Origin: Candidatus Nitrosopumilus koreensis AR1
Lineage (GTDB): Archaea; Thermoproteota; Nitrososphaeria; Nitrososphaerales; Nitrosopumilaceae
Direction of reading: 5' to 3'
NCBI RefSeq assembly: GCF_000299365.1
Contig: NC_018655.1
Coordinates: 1,170,001 to 1,202,000, forward strand
DNA: 32,000 nucleotides
Shown: positions 8,716 through 15,938 of the stretch, in pieces
How positions within the stretch are numbered: the first letter of the stretch is position 1
Layout: every line of letters begins with the position of its first letter
Notes under the pieces: generated by a model
Told to the model about the DNA's origin: nothing
The model's input: only the letters and a program-made list of their open reading frames with translations
The model's database searches: none
Position numbers and translations under genes: made by a program

Positions 8716-9523
8716 ATTTTTTAATTTTCATAATTACAATTGCAGGCAATCCAAAATACATACCAACATTTAGTACAATCAAAGATATTCCAATGGACAA
8801 TACTTCAGATTCTGTTTCTGCATAATCCATAAGAGACAATGTAGTTATCATAGGAGTAATTCCTGCCTTGATTATCTCATTGAATACAGGGTTTTCTCTT
8901 TGATAATCTGCTATTTGCGGACTGAACAGATAATAAAATTTGTTAAAGGAATTCATGAAAGATTTTCCTGATTCTGTTTGCATTAGTTTGTTATCTCTTA
9001 ATTCTCTTAATTGTTGTACCTGAGGTGCCAGTTCAGAGCCAAACGTTGCAGTTGCAATCAAACATCCACCACCAGACTCCTCATCAGAATAATTTTTTTG
9101 ATCAGATGTAGGCACTTCAATTTCTTTTACACCAGTCAATGCGTCTGTTCCAATGATGTCAATTTTGTTATTACCAATTCCAGTAAAATTCAAAGTGATA
9201 AATGAAATTCTATCATTTGATTTTGATTTTTGGATAGTCTCAACATCGTTGATAAAAAAAGTGAAATTTCCATAAAGTAAATTTTTAGGAATTGTTACTT
9301 CACCTAAATTATTTTCCAATCCGCTGTTAATGAAAAGTGTCAAACGTTTTTCATCTTTATCAAATTCATGTTCCAAAACATCAAAGTTTGAAACAGTCAC
9401 AACTTCAAAAGTATGTCCACCGGCATCCACATCAAGACGAGTCAGCAATCCTGTTCTATCAGATAGTTGACCAAATACAGGAGAGATTATCAATAGTAAC
9501 GGAATTAAGAAAATTATTTTCAA
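8705..9523 (-). CDS. Secreted/anchored protein with a Cys box (GGGCLIATATFGSE...LRELRD) and a C-terminal hydrophobic helix
   Basis: 272 aa. Signal-like N-terminus (MKIIFLIPLLLIISPVFG), a beta-rich domain ending IDIIGT, the motif C-L-I-A-T-A-T-F-G-S followed by VQQLRELRDNKL, and a C-terminal TM-like segment. Confidence 0.6.
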   Translation of the reverse strand: MKIIFLIPLLLIISPVFGQLSDRTGLLTRLDVDAGGHTFEVVTVSNFDVLEHEFDKDEKRLTLFINSGLENNLGEVTIPKNLLYGNFTFFINDVETIQKSKSNDRISFITLNFTGIGNNKIDIIGTDALTGVKEIEVPTSDQKNYSDEESGGGCLIATATFGSELAPQVQQLRELRDNKLMQTESGKSFMNSFNKFYYLFSPQIADYQRENPVFNEIIKAGITPMITTLSLMDYAETESEVLSIGISLIVLNVGMYFGLPAIVIMKIKKSIF

Positions 9524-9524
9524 T

Positions 9525-10022
9525 TTATGCTGTCTGAGATATTCGTTTAGTTAATTCTTTATCTTGTGCAACTCTTGGATGATCTGGATCTGCCAAGATT
9601 ACTTCAAACCAATAGTGTTTTCCATCTTTATAGATAAAGTAAGAACCCAAAAGTTTCATGTTTGGATATCTTTCACTTACTCTTCGTTCTGCAACAGTTT
9701 TCATATTGTCATCTGCCTTGATTCTTGTTACACCAAGATGTTTTGGTCTTCTACCACCAGTAGGTCTTTGTTTTCTCATACCACCAGTACCAACCCTCAT
9801 TCTAACAACAATAATGCCTTGTTTTGCTTTGTACCCCAATCTTCTTGCTCTTTGTAATCTGCTAGGCTTGTCAATACGAGTAATTGCATTTTGTTTACGC
9901 CAACCAACTATACGTTCACGTAGCTCTGGAGCATTTTCTTTCCAGAGTCTGATCCATATTTGGTCTTGACGACTAGGCATATCGGGCATAGTAAAATCCC
10001 CTTTAATAACTGATTTCCACAT
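9525..10022 (-). CDS. rpl15e: 50S ribosomal protein L15e
   Basis: RLGYKAKQGIIVVRMRVGTGGMRKQRPTGGRRPKHLGV and the C-terminal YWFEVILADPDHP are characteristic of L15e. The true start is probably an internal Met (MPSRQDQIWIRLWKEN, about 9980) rather than 10022. Confidence 0.9.
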   Translation of the reverse strand: MWKSVIKGDFTMPDMPSRQDQIWIRLWKENAPELRERIVGWRKQNAITRIDKPSRLQRARRLGYKAKQGIIVVRMRVGTGGMRKQRPTGGRRPKHLGVTRIKADDNMKTVAERRVSERYPNMKLLGSYFIYKDGKHYWFEVILADPDHPRVAQDKELTKRISQTA

Positions 10023-10245
10023 TTGTTAGGGTTTGAATATAAAATAAAAAAGGAAAGAAAATTAGGCTAATTTCCTGAGATTAAATCCCAGATAAAACCA
10101 AATAATTCTCTAAACACAGTTTTTTATCTAAAAAATTGTAGATAATCTCAAAACTAAAAATTCACTGACATTAATGGAACAAAATTTCAACCGAATATTC
10201 CCAATCTTGTTTTGTTTCATTACATTTGAGACATTTTTTAAGATA

Positions 10246-10380
10246 TCACGGATTAGATTTTACCAAAGAATTCATCTTTCTTGAAAAATAATGTTCAGCC
10301 TCATGTCCTTCATACAACAAACATTGGTTTTCATCCACATCACATCGAACAGGACATCTTGGTGGAGGTTGAAAGGGCAT
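10246..10380 (-). CDS. Possible 44-aa Cys-containing micro-protein
   Basis: ATG 10380..10378, MPFQPPPRCPVRCDVDENQCLLYEGHEAEHYFSRKMNSLVKSNP*. Not in the ORF track. It competes with the + strand ORF 10281-10487, which looks non-coding. Confidence 0.25.
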   Translation of the reverse strand: MPFQPPPRCPVRCDVDENQCLLYEGHEAEHYFSRKMNSLVKSNP

Positions 10381-10487
10381 GCATGAAAGTAATATACACC
10401 ATATTTAGATCAATCGCATCTTTGACATGTTTTTGCACAATGTCACAAAATAATTTTACGTTGTATGGTTTTACTGACATTTACTAG

Positions 10488-10940
10488 TCATAATAAATTC
10501 AGACTGAATGATAATCCTGATTGGTCAAATCCCAGTCGTTTGTAAAATTTGTGCGAATCTTTTCTTCTGTTACCTGATTCAAGCCTAATTCTATAACATT
10601 TTTTAGATTTTGCTAATTTGACACATTCTAAAATTAGTTTTTTTCCAATTCCTGAATCTCTAAATTCATTTTTTACTACCAATTCCGGAATATACATTTC
10701 AAATTTAGCACGGTTTAGTCGTCTAAGAAGAACAATGCTTACCACTCCCACAATTTTTGAATTTATTTCTGCTACAAGAATAAACTTTGAAGAATCTGAA
10801 AAATAATCTTTTATTTTGTCTTCAAATACCTTAACTTCCTTTTTATCTATTGGTTCTGGCCTCCCTAACTCGTAAAGTAATTCTAGAATTGATGGGATGT
10901 CTTTTTTAGATGCGTTTCTGATTTCTGCTTCCACCAACAA
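10488..10940 (-). CDS. GNAT-family N-acetyltransferase
   Basis: 150 aa. Acetyl-CoA-binding motif region VVKNEFRDSGIGKKLILECVKLAK and the C-terminal FYKRLGF typical of GNAT. TTG/GTG start region. Confidence 0.8.
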   Translation of the reverse strand: MLVEAEIRNASKKDIPSILELLYELGRPEPIDKKEVKVFEDKIKDYFSDSSKFILVAEINSKIVGVVSIVLLRRLNRAKFEMYIPELVVKNEFRDSGIGKKLILECVKLAKSKKCYRIRLESGNRRKDSHKFYKRLGFDQSGLSFSLNLL

Positions 10941-11028
10941 TAATTTGTATTTAATATTTTTAAAGAATATGCAATGTTTCCTAGATCATTCACAATGTTA
11001 ATTTACTAGAACTATTCCATATTTTTTC

Positions 11029-11154
11029 GTGATAGGTGTTTGTCAAAAATGCCATTGTTCTGGAATCAAGATAGTGAAAACTCCCGTTTTGTTAAGCGAG
11101 ATAGGGGTAGCAGACTTGCCACTATGTGAAAATTGCAGAAAAACCAACTATTAA
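11029..11154 (+). CDS. Possible 41-aa zinc-ribbon micro-protein
   Basis: GTG 11029, VIGVCQKCHCSGIKIVKTPVLLSEIGVADLPLCENCRKTNY* with two CxxC pairs. An 11/13 relative of the island palindrome (ttcacaatgttaa, 10989-11001) lies upstream. Confidence 0.3.
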   Translation: MIGVCQKCHCSGIKIVKTPVLLSEIGVADLPLCENCRKTNY

Positions 11155-11185
11155 AAACAAGTTGAAAATTTTTATTTTATTTTAA

Positions 11186-12775
11186 TCAGGAAACAGGGGC
11201 AATCATAGCTGTTCCTGAACTGGTTGGAACAAACTGTATCATTACAACATCTTCTCCCATAAAATTGGGTTCAACTACAAGATCATTGATGAGAATCCCA
11301 TTGACAGAGACAGCATAATTCTCAGGTAGAAGAAGATTGTTTGGGATGAGTAGAATAACATATTCTGGTTTGTCAAATGAAAAAGTGATCATGCCAATTT
11401 CAGACTGGTAATTGAAATTTGAAATGGTTGAAGGTGTTCGGATGTCTACTATATTATCACCTATCCATTGAGGTTGGTATTTTTCTCTAATATCTTCAGT
11501 AAGAGGAGATACTTCATACTTTTCTGAATCTTGAATTTCCAGTCTTAATCCTTCTACACAGTAATTTCGTGAAACATCATCTACAATCACATCACATAAT
11601 TCTTGACCTTTTTGAAAGTCATGGTTGGTGAAAAATGCAAGAGTGGTTCCAGTAGACATACTGCATTCTAAATAATCATTTTTTGCTAGATGTTCGGAAT
11701 TGCAAAGATTAGAAATTGTTTCTTCAGATAATCCATCTCTAGTTAAAACATTGTCCGTGTACTGCATCATTACACCTTTAACACACAAAATGTTTTGATA
11801 CAAAGATAATTCATGACAGGATGCTAGCGAAGAATCCAAATCATCGCCAAAGTAATGAACAAAACCATGACCCAATCCATGAACACAGTCTTGGTAGTTG
11901 GAAGAGCCAATCAAGTCATCACAAATAGTTTTGTATGAATTTGGAAATGGCTTGTCCAATTCACCAATATTGTGGAAGTAAGATGCCAAAACTCCGTGGA
12001 AATATCCACCTCGGCACATAGTACCATCCATCCCCTGAAGACTTTTTGATACATCTCCTGTTTCTTCATAAGCCACATGACCAATCTCATGAGATACGAA
12101 ATGACAGTCGTCCATGGTGCCCATCTTGGATAATGCTATAGATAATTCAAGTGCATCAGCATTATTTTTCTCAGATTCGGCGAGTCTGCCAAAAAATTCA
12201 GAATAACAAACAAGACGTAGTGTACCGTCATTCATGTCAGCACAAGTGCGAATATCTTGGAAGTATTTTGTAGCCAAAGATTCTGAGGGCAACACAGGAA
12301 CATAGTCATCAATATCTAAAATTCCATCGTTGTCATCATCTGGATCTTGATTTGAACCTATTCCATCAAAATCAAAATCTGCCCAATCTATCGGATCTGT
12401 ATCAAACTGGTCAAGAGAGTCAGATACACCATCGTTGTCATCATCTGTATCTTTGTTATCACCTATAAAATCAAAATCAGAGTCTGCCCAGTCAGATGGA
12501 TCTGTATCAAACAAATCAACATCATCATTAAACCCATCATTATCATCATCTAAATCACATACATCTCCTAGGTTGTCTGAGTCAAAGTCTGCCTGGTCAA
12601 AATTACTATCTGTCGGACAATTATCAATAGAGTCAATCACCCCATCATTGTCAAAATCGGCAAAAGAAACAGTTCCATTCCATGCCAAAAAGGACACAGT
12701 CAGACTAACAGTCAACAAAACAAGCATCAGTTTCATTTTTTTAGTTATTAGTGAAGACACAACAGTATTTTTCAA
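11186..12775 (-). CDS. Secreted protein with thrombospondin-type-3-like Ca-binding Asp repeats and a Cys/His-rich C-terminal region
   Basis: 529 aa with a signal/anchor (MKLMLVLLTVSLTVSFLAW). Repeated DxDxDGxxD units (DFDNDGVIDSIDNCP, DDDNDGFNDDVD, DDDNDGVSDSLD, DDDNDGILDIDD) include a roughly 34-aa tandem unit (FDTDPxDWAD.DFD.IG...DDDNDG). These are followed by repeated C..H..GHG-type modules, including HEIGH. Confidence 0.7.
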   Translation of the reverse strand: MKNTVVSSLITKKMKLMLVLLTVSLTVSFLAWNGTVSFADFDNDGVIDSIDNCPTDSNFDQADFDSDNLGDVCDLDDDNDGFNDDVDLFDTDPSDWADSDFDFIGDNKDTDDDNDGVSDSLDQFDTDPIDWADFDFDGIGSNQDPDDDNDGILDIDDYVPVLPSESLATKYFQDIRTCADMNDGTLRLVCYSEFFGRLAESEKNNADALELSIALSKMGTMDDCHFVSHEIGHVAYEETGDVSKSLQGMDGTMCRGGYFHGVLASYFHNIGELDKPFPNSYKTICDDLIGSSNYQDCVHGLGHGFVHYFGDDLDSSLASCHELSLYQNILCVKGVMMQYTDNVLTRDGLSEETISNLCNSEHLAKNDYLECSMSTGTTLAFFTNHDFQKGQELCDVIVDDVSRNYCVEGLRLEIQDSEKYEVSPLTEDIREKYQPQWIGDNIVDIRTPSTISNFNYQSEIGMITFSFDKPEYVILLIPNNLLLPENYAVSVNGILINDLVVEPNFMGEDVVMIQFVPTSSGTAMIAPVS

Positions 12776-13117
12776 AATACATTTTATGGTATTTTAACTC
12801 ATCTACTAAATTATTTGATCTATGGTATAACCCACCAATTACTGTTTTAGATTATCTATGTAAATAAAAAAGAACCAGTCATTACGAAGTGTAATAGAAA
12901 ACAGGTTCTTTAGTTAATTTGATTTTCATCATTACAGGATTATTTTTTCTTTTTATCCAAGGTGTGGCCCTCCAATGCTTGATTCCAATGAATGTATTTT
13001 TACTGTTGAATAGTTATTGTCACCCTGTACGAAATCAACTAGTTAACTTGCTACTGACAGAAATCAAAAATATTTTTTCTTAATACCACGATCAGTATTT
13101 CTGGTTAATTAGTAATT

Positions 13118-13126
13118 AAGGAGGTG
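13118..13126 (+). promoter_or_regulatory. Strong Shine-Dalgarno sequence AAGGAGGTG
   Basis: A nine-base purine-rich match to the consensus archaeal/bacterial SD (complement of the 16S 3' end), 5 nt upstream of ATG 13132. Conspicuous in otherwise AT-rich intergenic DNA. Confidence 0.5.
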
Positions 13127-13131
13127 CAAAA

Positions 13132-13212
13132 ATGTCAAGACCAAAACGTACTGCAGAAGATTATGATGATTTTGATGATGACGATGATGATTTTGATGAT
13201 GACTATTACTAG
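13132..13212 (+). CDS. 26-aa extremely acidic micro-protein (MSRPKRTAEDYDDFDDDDDDFDDDYY)
   Basis: An ATG with a near-perfect SD at optimal spacing. Basic N-terminus followed by a 17-residue Asp/aromatic tail. Ends 5 nt from the convergent usp stop. Confidence 0.4.
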   Translation: MSRPKRTAEDYDDFDDDDDDFDDDYY

Positions 13213-13217
13213 TCTAG

Positions 13218-13685
13218 TTAAATGTCACCAATGTCTATGAGATAGACAGGGCAGGTCACATGTTCTACAATTTTCCTTGAAACGCTTCCAAGACTAAGTA
13301 GTTTCTTTAATCCTTTTAACTTTCTTCGTTTTGCCATAACGATCAAATCAACGTCTCTTTCTAAGACAATTCTCAGGATTTCTTCAGCAGCGTCTCCTTC
13401 TACTACTTTAACCTCTATGATAGTCTCGGTTCCCAATTCCTCAATTTTGTCGGCAAGAACTTTTTCCATTGATTGTTTTATTGTCTTGTTTGCATCGTCT
13501 ATGTTATTCACAAGTTTTTCTCTTTCTGACTGTGATAATGCAAAGCTTGGGGGAATCGGAATACTTTCAACCACATGTAATACGATAATTTTTGCAGAAT
13601 CTGTTTTTGCAAGATGCATAGCATGTCTTAATGACTCATCTCCTGCAGGGGTTCCACCGTGAGGGACTAGAATGGTCTTGTACAT
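13218..13685 (-). CDS. Universal stress protein (UspA family)
   Basis: 155 aa. N-terminal ILVPHGGTPAGDESLRHA, and the C-terminal nucleotide-binding-type motif LSLGSVSRKIVEHVTCPVYLI. Confidence 0.85.
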   Translation of the reverse strand: MYKTILVPHGGTPAGDESLRHAMHLAKTDSAKIIVLHVVESIPIPPSFALSQSEREKLVNNIDDANKTIKQSMEKVLADKIEELGTETIIEVKVVEGDAAEEILRIVLERDVDLIVMAKRRKLKGLKKLLSLGSVSRKIVEHVTCPVYLIDIGDI

Positions 13686-13689
13686 GTAC

Positions 13690-13908
13690 TCAATTCAACT
13701 CCTCGTAATTGGTCTCTATTTGTTCAAAGCTTGTACCTTTGCATTGAGGACATTCCGAAATATGTGATACACCTGCCTTTTTTGAAAAAACATTTCCGCA
13801 GTTTTTGCATACTCGTAATTCTTCAATTATAACCATATTTGGATACTCTCTGTTGTCTGTTTTAAAATTTTGCAAATTCTCATTCATGATGGAACATCGC
13901 AAATCCAA
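13690..13908 (-). CDS. Small zinc-ribbon protein
   Basis: 72-aa ORF with CKNCGNVF...CPQCKG (two CxxC knuckles). The stop is 4 nt upstream of the usp start, so the two are probably co-transcribed. The true start may be an internal Met. Confidence 0.5.
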   Translation of the reverse strand: MDLRCSIMNENLQNFKTDNREYPNMVIIEELRVCKNCGNVFSKKAGVSHISECPQCKGTSFEQIETNYEELN

Positions 13909-13963
13909 GTCGATTAGATTGTTATTTGTGAGATTATAGTTAAGATTCTAAAACAAATTGTAC

Positions 13964-14686
13964 CTAGAACAAAGATTTTGCTTTTGTCAACTCCATCTTA
14001 ATAGAGTCAATTTTTGCATCAATCATATCAGACGCATCACCATTTTTTATCATGTTTCGAAGATCTACACGTAACATCAATTCTATTTTCTCCATCAGAG
14101 GGCGGTCTTTTTGTGCAATAGCACTTTCAACATACTCATAATTTTCTAAGTATGCATTTGTTGCAAGTGAGAAGGCAGTGTCCTTTTCACCATTTCTATA
14201 ATTTATTGACACATCATCTAGGATTTTTTCTATATTATTGATTATGTCTAGCACCTGACTTTGTTCGGTAATTGAAGTGCCCATCATGTTTCCCATCATT
14301 CCAGAGCCCATCATATGACTGTCCATCATCATATCTAGCATCCGTTGTTGGTATTGAGGATCATTCATCATGGTGTTCATCATTGGTTGCATCATCATGT
14401 TCATGTGTTGTTGGTTATTCATCATCATGTTGTGCATCTGTGTCATAGCTTGCGGATCATTCATCATAGTACTCATCCATTGATTCATAGCATCAGGGTT
14501 ATTCATCATGGTTTGATGCCATTGGTTCATCATATTAGGATCATTCATCATTTGTTGCATTTGTTGAGGTGTCATTTGCATGAAATTATTTTGAGGTGTT
14601 GAGGTTTGCATCATGGCATAACCTATACCAATTCCAGCAAAGAATACTCCTACTGCAATTCCAATCATCACGTATTGGCTAACCAT
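13964..14686 (-). CDS. Membrane-anchored, extremely Met/Asn/Gln-rich protein with a helical C-terminal domain
   Basis: 240 aa with an N-terminal TM (VMIGIAVGVFFAGIGIGYA). A 112-residue segment follows in which I count 38 Met, with repeated MMNDPxxMxQ units. The C-terminal part is an ordinary-composition helical domain. Confidence 0.7.
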   Translation of the reverse strand: MVSQYVMIGIAVGVFFAGIGIGYAMMQTSTPQNNFMQMTPQQMQQMMNDPNMMNQWHQTMMNNPDAMNQWMSTMMNDPQAMTQMHNMMMNNQQHMNMMMQPMMNTMMNDPQYQQRMLDMMMDSHMMGSGMMGNMMGTSITEQSQVLDIINNIEKILDDVSINYRNGEKDTAFSLATNAYLENYEYVESAIAQKDRPLMEKIELMLRVDLRNMIKNGDASDMIDAKIDSIKMELTKAKSLF

Positions 14687-14767
14687 GTTTGAATTTCGTC
14701 AATGTCAGATATATGTTATTATCCAAAACTCATGTCTGATTATCAATTTGGATTATGGTGAATCTTT

Positions 14768-14811
14768 AGTTTGATTCTTAGTTTATCTTGATTCAATAAA
14801 AATTACATCAA
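14768..14811. repeat. Direct repeat, copy A (44 bp; 40/44 identical to 16292-16334)
   Basis: agtttgattcttagtttatcttgattcaataaaaattacatcaa. It covers the last codons plus stop of the minus-strand 86-aa ORF and the sequence just downstream of it. Confidence 0.85.
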
Positions 14812-15043
14812 CAAGATCATTATTGCTTCTTTTAGTTACAGTATCCCTACTTGCATTGTGGAAATTTTGCAGATGTGCTTTTCTTGTTTTAATTCCATAT
14901 TCTCGACATAATCTGCAAAAATAGGTCACTTGTCTTTGAGATTTTGGCATCACGTGGTTTTCACATTCTAAAATTGCAGTTTGCATAAGAGAAAACAGAA
15001 GAGCAGATATTTTAATATTGTCATATTTATGACATATTGTCAA
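14783..15043 (-). CDS. Hypothetical small protein with a C2H2-like pattern
   Basis: 86-aa ORF containing FCRLCREYGIKTRKAHLQNFH (CxxC-x10-H-x4-H). The start is uncertain because of internal Mets. Confidence 0.4.
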   Translation of the reverse strand: MTICHKYDNIKISALLFSLMQTAILECENHVMPKSQRQVTYFCRLCREYGIKTRKAHLQNFHNASRDTVTKRSNNDLVDVIFIESR

Positions 15044-15077
15044 GTATGTAGAAAATATGCAAAATCTTTATATTTTG

Positions 15078-15106
15078 TAATCACCATTACACTAATTTGG
15101 TGATTA
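15078..15106 (+). promoter_or_regulatory. Perfect 8-bp inverted repeat TAATCACC-N13-GGTGATTA between a TATA-like box and the hsp20 start
   Basis: Read directly. The TTTATATTTT box is at 15067-15076. The 3' arm contains the SD-like GGTGAT, 6 nt before ATG 15111. The 5' arm ATCACC mimics the anti-SD. Confidence 0.5.
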
Positions 15107-15110
15107 AAAG

Positions 15111-15605
15111 ATGTTTGATGACCAATTCGAAAGAACATTTCGAAGATTGTCGAGTCCCTTTTTTTCAATGGGAGATATCTTCGAAAGCCCAAATGATAGA
15201 ACAGTCCAGACTTTTGGACCATACTACTACGGTTATGTAAAGACTGTAGGGGAAGATGGCATTCCTCATGTAACTGAATGGGGCAATGCAAAACCAGCTA
15301 ATTCTCTTGCAGATACTACTGTAAGAGATCCATACGTTGATGTTTCAGTCAATGAACAAGAACGTACTCTCAAGATTGTTTCAGAGATGCCAGGAATTGA
15401 AAAGTCTGACATCAAACTCAATGTGTCAGATAAACAAGTATTACTTTCAGCCCAACACGGTGAAAGAAAATATGAAAAGAAAATTCCACTACCATCAAAA
15501 GTAGATGAAAACTCTGCAAAAGCCAAATACACAAACGGAGTCTTGGAACTGACAATACATCTTGCCAAGGAAAAACCTCAAGGCAAGTTAGTGTCAGTTG
15601 AATGA
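15111..15605 (+). CDS. hsp20: Small heat-shock protein, Hsp20/alpha-crystallin family
   Basis: 164 aa. Alpha-crystallin domain layout (VDVSVNEQERTLKIVSEMPGIEKSDIKLNV...LLSAQH...YEKKIPLPSKVDENSAKAKYTNGVLELTI). Confidence 0.9.
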   Translation: MFDDQFERTFRRLSSPFFSMGDIFESPNDRTVQTFGPYYYGYVKTVGEDGIPHVTEWGNAKPANSLADTTVRDPYVDVSVNEQERTLKIVSEMPGIEKSDIKLNVSDKQVLLSAQHGERKYEKKIPLPSKVDENSAKAKYTNGVLELTIHLAKEKPQGKLVSVE

Positions 15606-15621
15606 TCTGGAGGTAAAAAAG

Positions 15622-15744
15622 ATGGATTGTAATTCATCCCTAAAACAGGTCAAAGACTCTATCAAATCTTCTGTGGAAAAGGTTTCTTCATATCCTGAGG
15701 AAATCATTTCCAAATGGAAGTTTGGTAGGAGAAATTTTCCCTGA
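15622..15744 (+). CDS. Possible 40-aa micro-protein downstream of hsp20
   Basis: ATG 15622 is preceded by GGAGGT (15609-15614, 7-nt spacer). MDCNSSLKQVKDSIKSSVEKVSSYPEEIISKWKFGRRNFP*. Confidence 0.3.
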   Translation: MDCNSSLKQVKDSIKSSVEKVSSYPEEIISKWKFGRRNFP

Positions 15745-15755
15745 GGTGAGAAAAA

Positions 15756-15938
15756 ATGCCAGACACTTTGTGTAGACAATGTGGTGGAGAACTGGATACA
15801 GAAAGACAATGCATGCATTGTCATCAACCAGTTCAGCTAGTTTGTACAAAATGTTTGCAGCCCACAGAAGAGAGATTTCACAGTAAATGCATGTACAGTG
15901 AGGAGATACTATGTCACACAGTCGCAGCACTTGCATAA
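15756..15938 (+). CDS. Small zinc-ribbon protein (three CxxC pairs)
   Basis: 60 aa, MPDTLCRQCGGELDTERQCMHCHQPVQLVCTKCLQP... GAGGTGA (15743-15749) lies 6 nt upstream of the ATG. Confidence 0.5.
   Translation: MPDTLCRQCGGELDTERQCMHCHQPVQLVCTKCLQPTEERFHSKCMYSEEILCHTVAALA

Noticed and set aside
9564-9969. Two + strand ORFs (97 and 103 aa) inside the L15e locus
   Set aside because: They are antisense to a highly recognisable ribosomal protein gene, and their products are featureless.
10281-10487. 68-aa + strand ORF between L15e and the GNAT gene
   Set aside because: The start codon is non-ATG, the product is featureless and no signal lies upstream. The small minus-strand Cys ORF (10246-10380) is at least as plausible, so neither is strongly supported.
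12040-12100. HEIGH in the 529-aa secreted protein, read as proof of a zinc metalloprotease
   Set aside because: The motif sits in one unit of a repeated Cys/His-Gly module whose other units lack the Glu, and no third-ligand motif is recognisable. It is kept only as a hypothesis in the findings, not as an annotation.
12435-12797. 120-aa Ser-rich ORF on the + strand
   Set aside because: It is antisense to the Asp-repeat region of the 529-aa gene, so it is a low-complexity mirror of GAT/GAC-rich coding sequence. The minus-strand ORF is long and motif-bearing.
12985-13060. Possible C/D-box sRNA (aatgaatg ... ctga) in the long intergenic region, and a similar AATGATGA...CTGT arrangement on the minus strand near 12900-12935
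   Set aside because: The box sequences deviate from RUGAUGA/CUGA, the C-to-D' spacings (about 20 nt) do not fit the 12-nt guide rule, and there is no terminal stem. This is not supportable by eye.
13150-13205. Multiple TGATGA 'C-box-like' hexamers
   Set aside because: They are simply consecutive Asp codons (GAT GAT GAC) of the acidic micro-ORF, and no D box follows.
14345-14602. 85-aa His-rich ORF (HHGVHHWLHHHVHV...) on the + strand, which looks like a metal-binding protein
   Set aside because: It is the antisense shadow of the Met-rich gene (ATG codons read as CAT on the other strand). It has no independent start context. The minus-strand frame has a TM anchor, a coherent repeat structure and a normal C-terminal domain.
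15040-15936. Minus-strand ORFs 15040-15291, 15266-15568, 15594-15827 and 15688-15936
   Set aside because: They overlap hsp20 and the SD-led plus-strand micro-ORFs in antisense. They show no SD, promoter-like or motif support.
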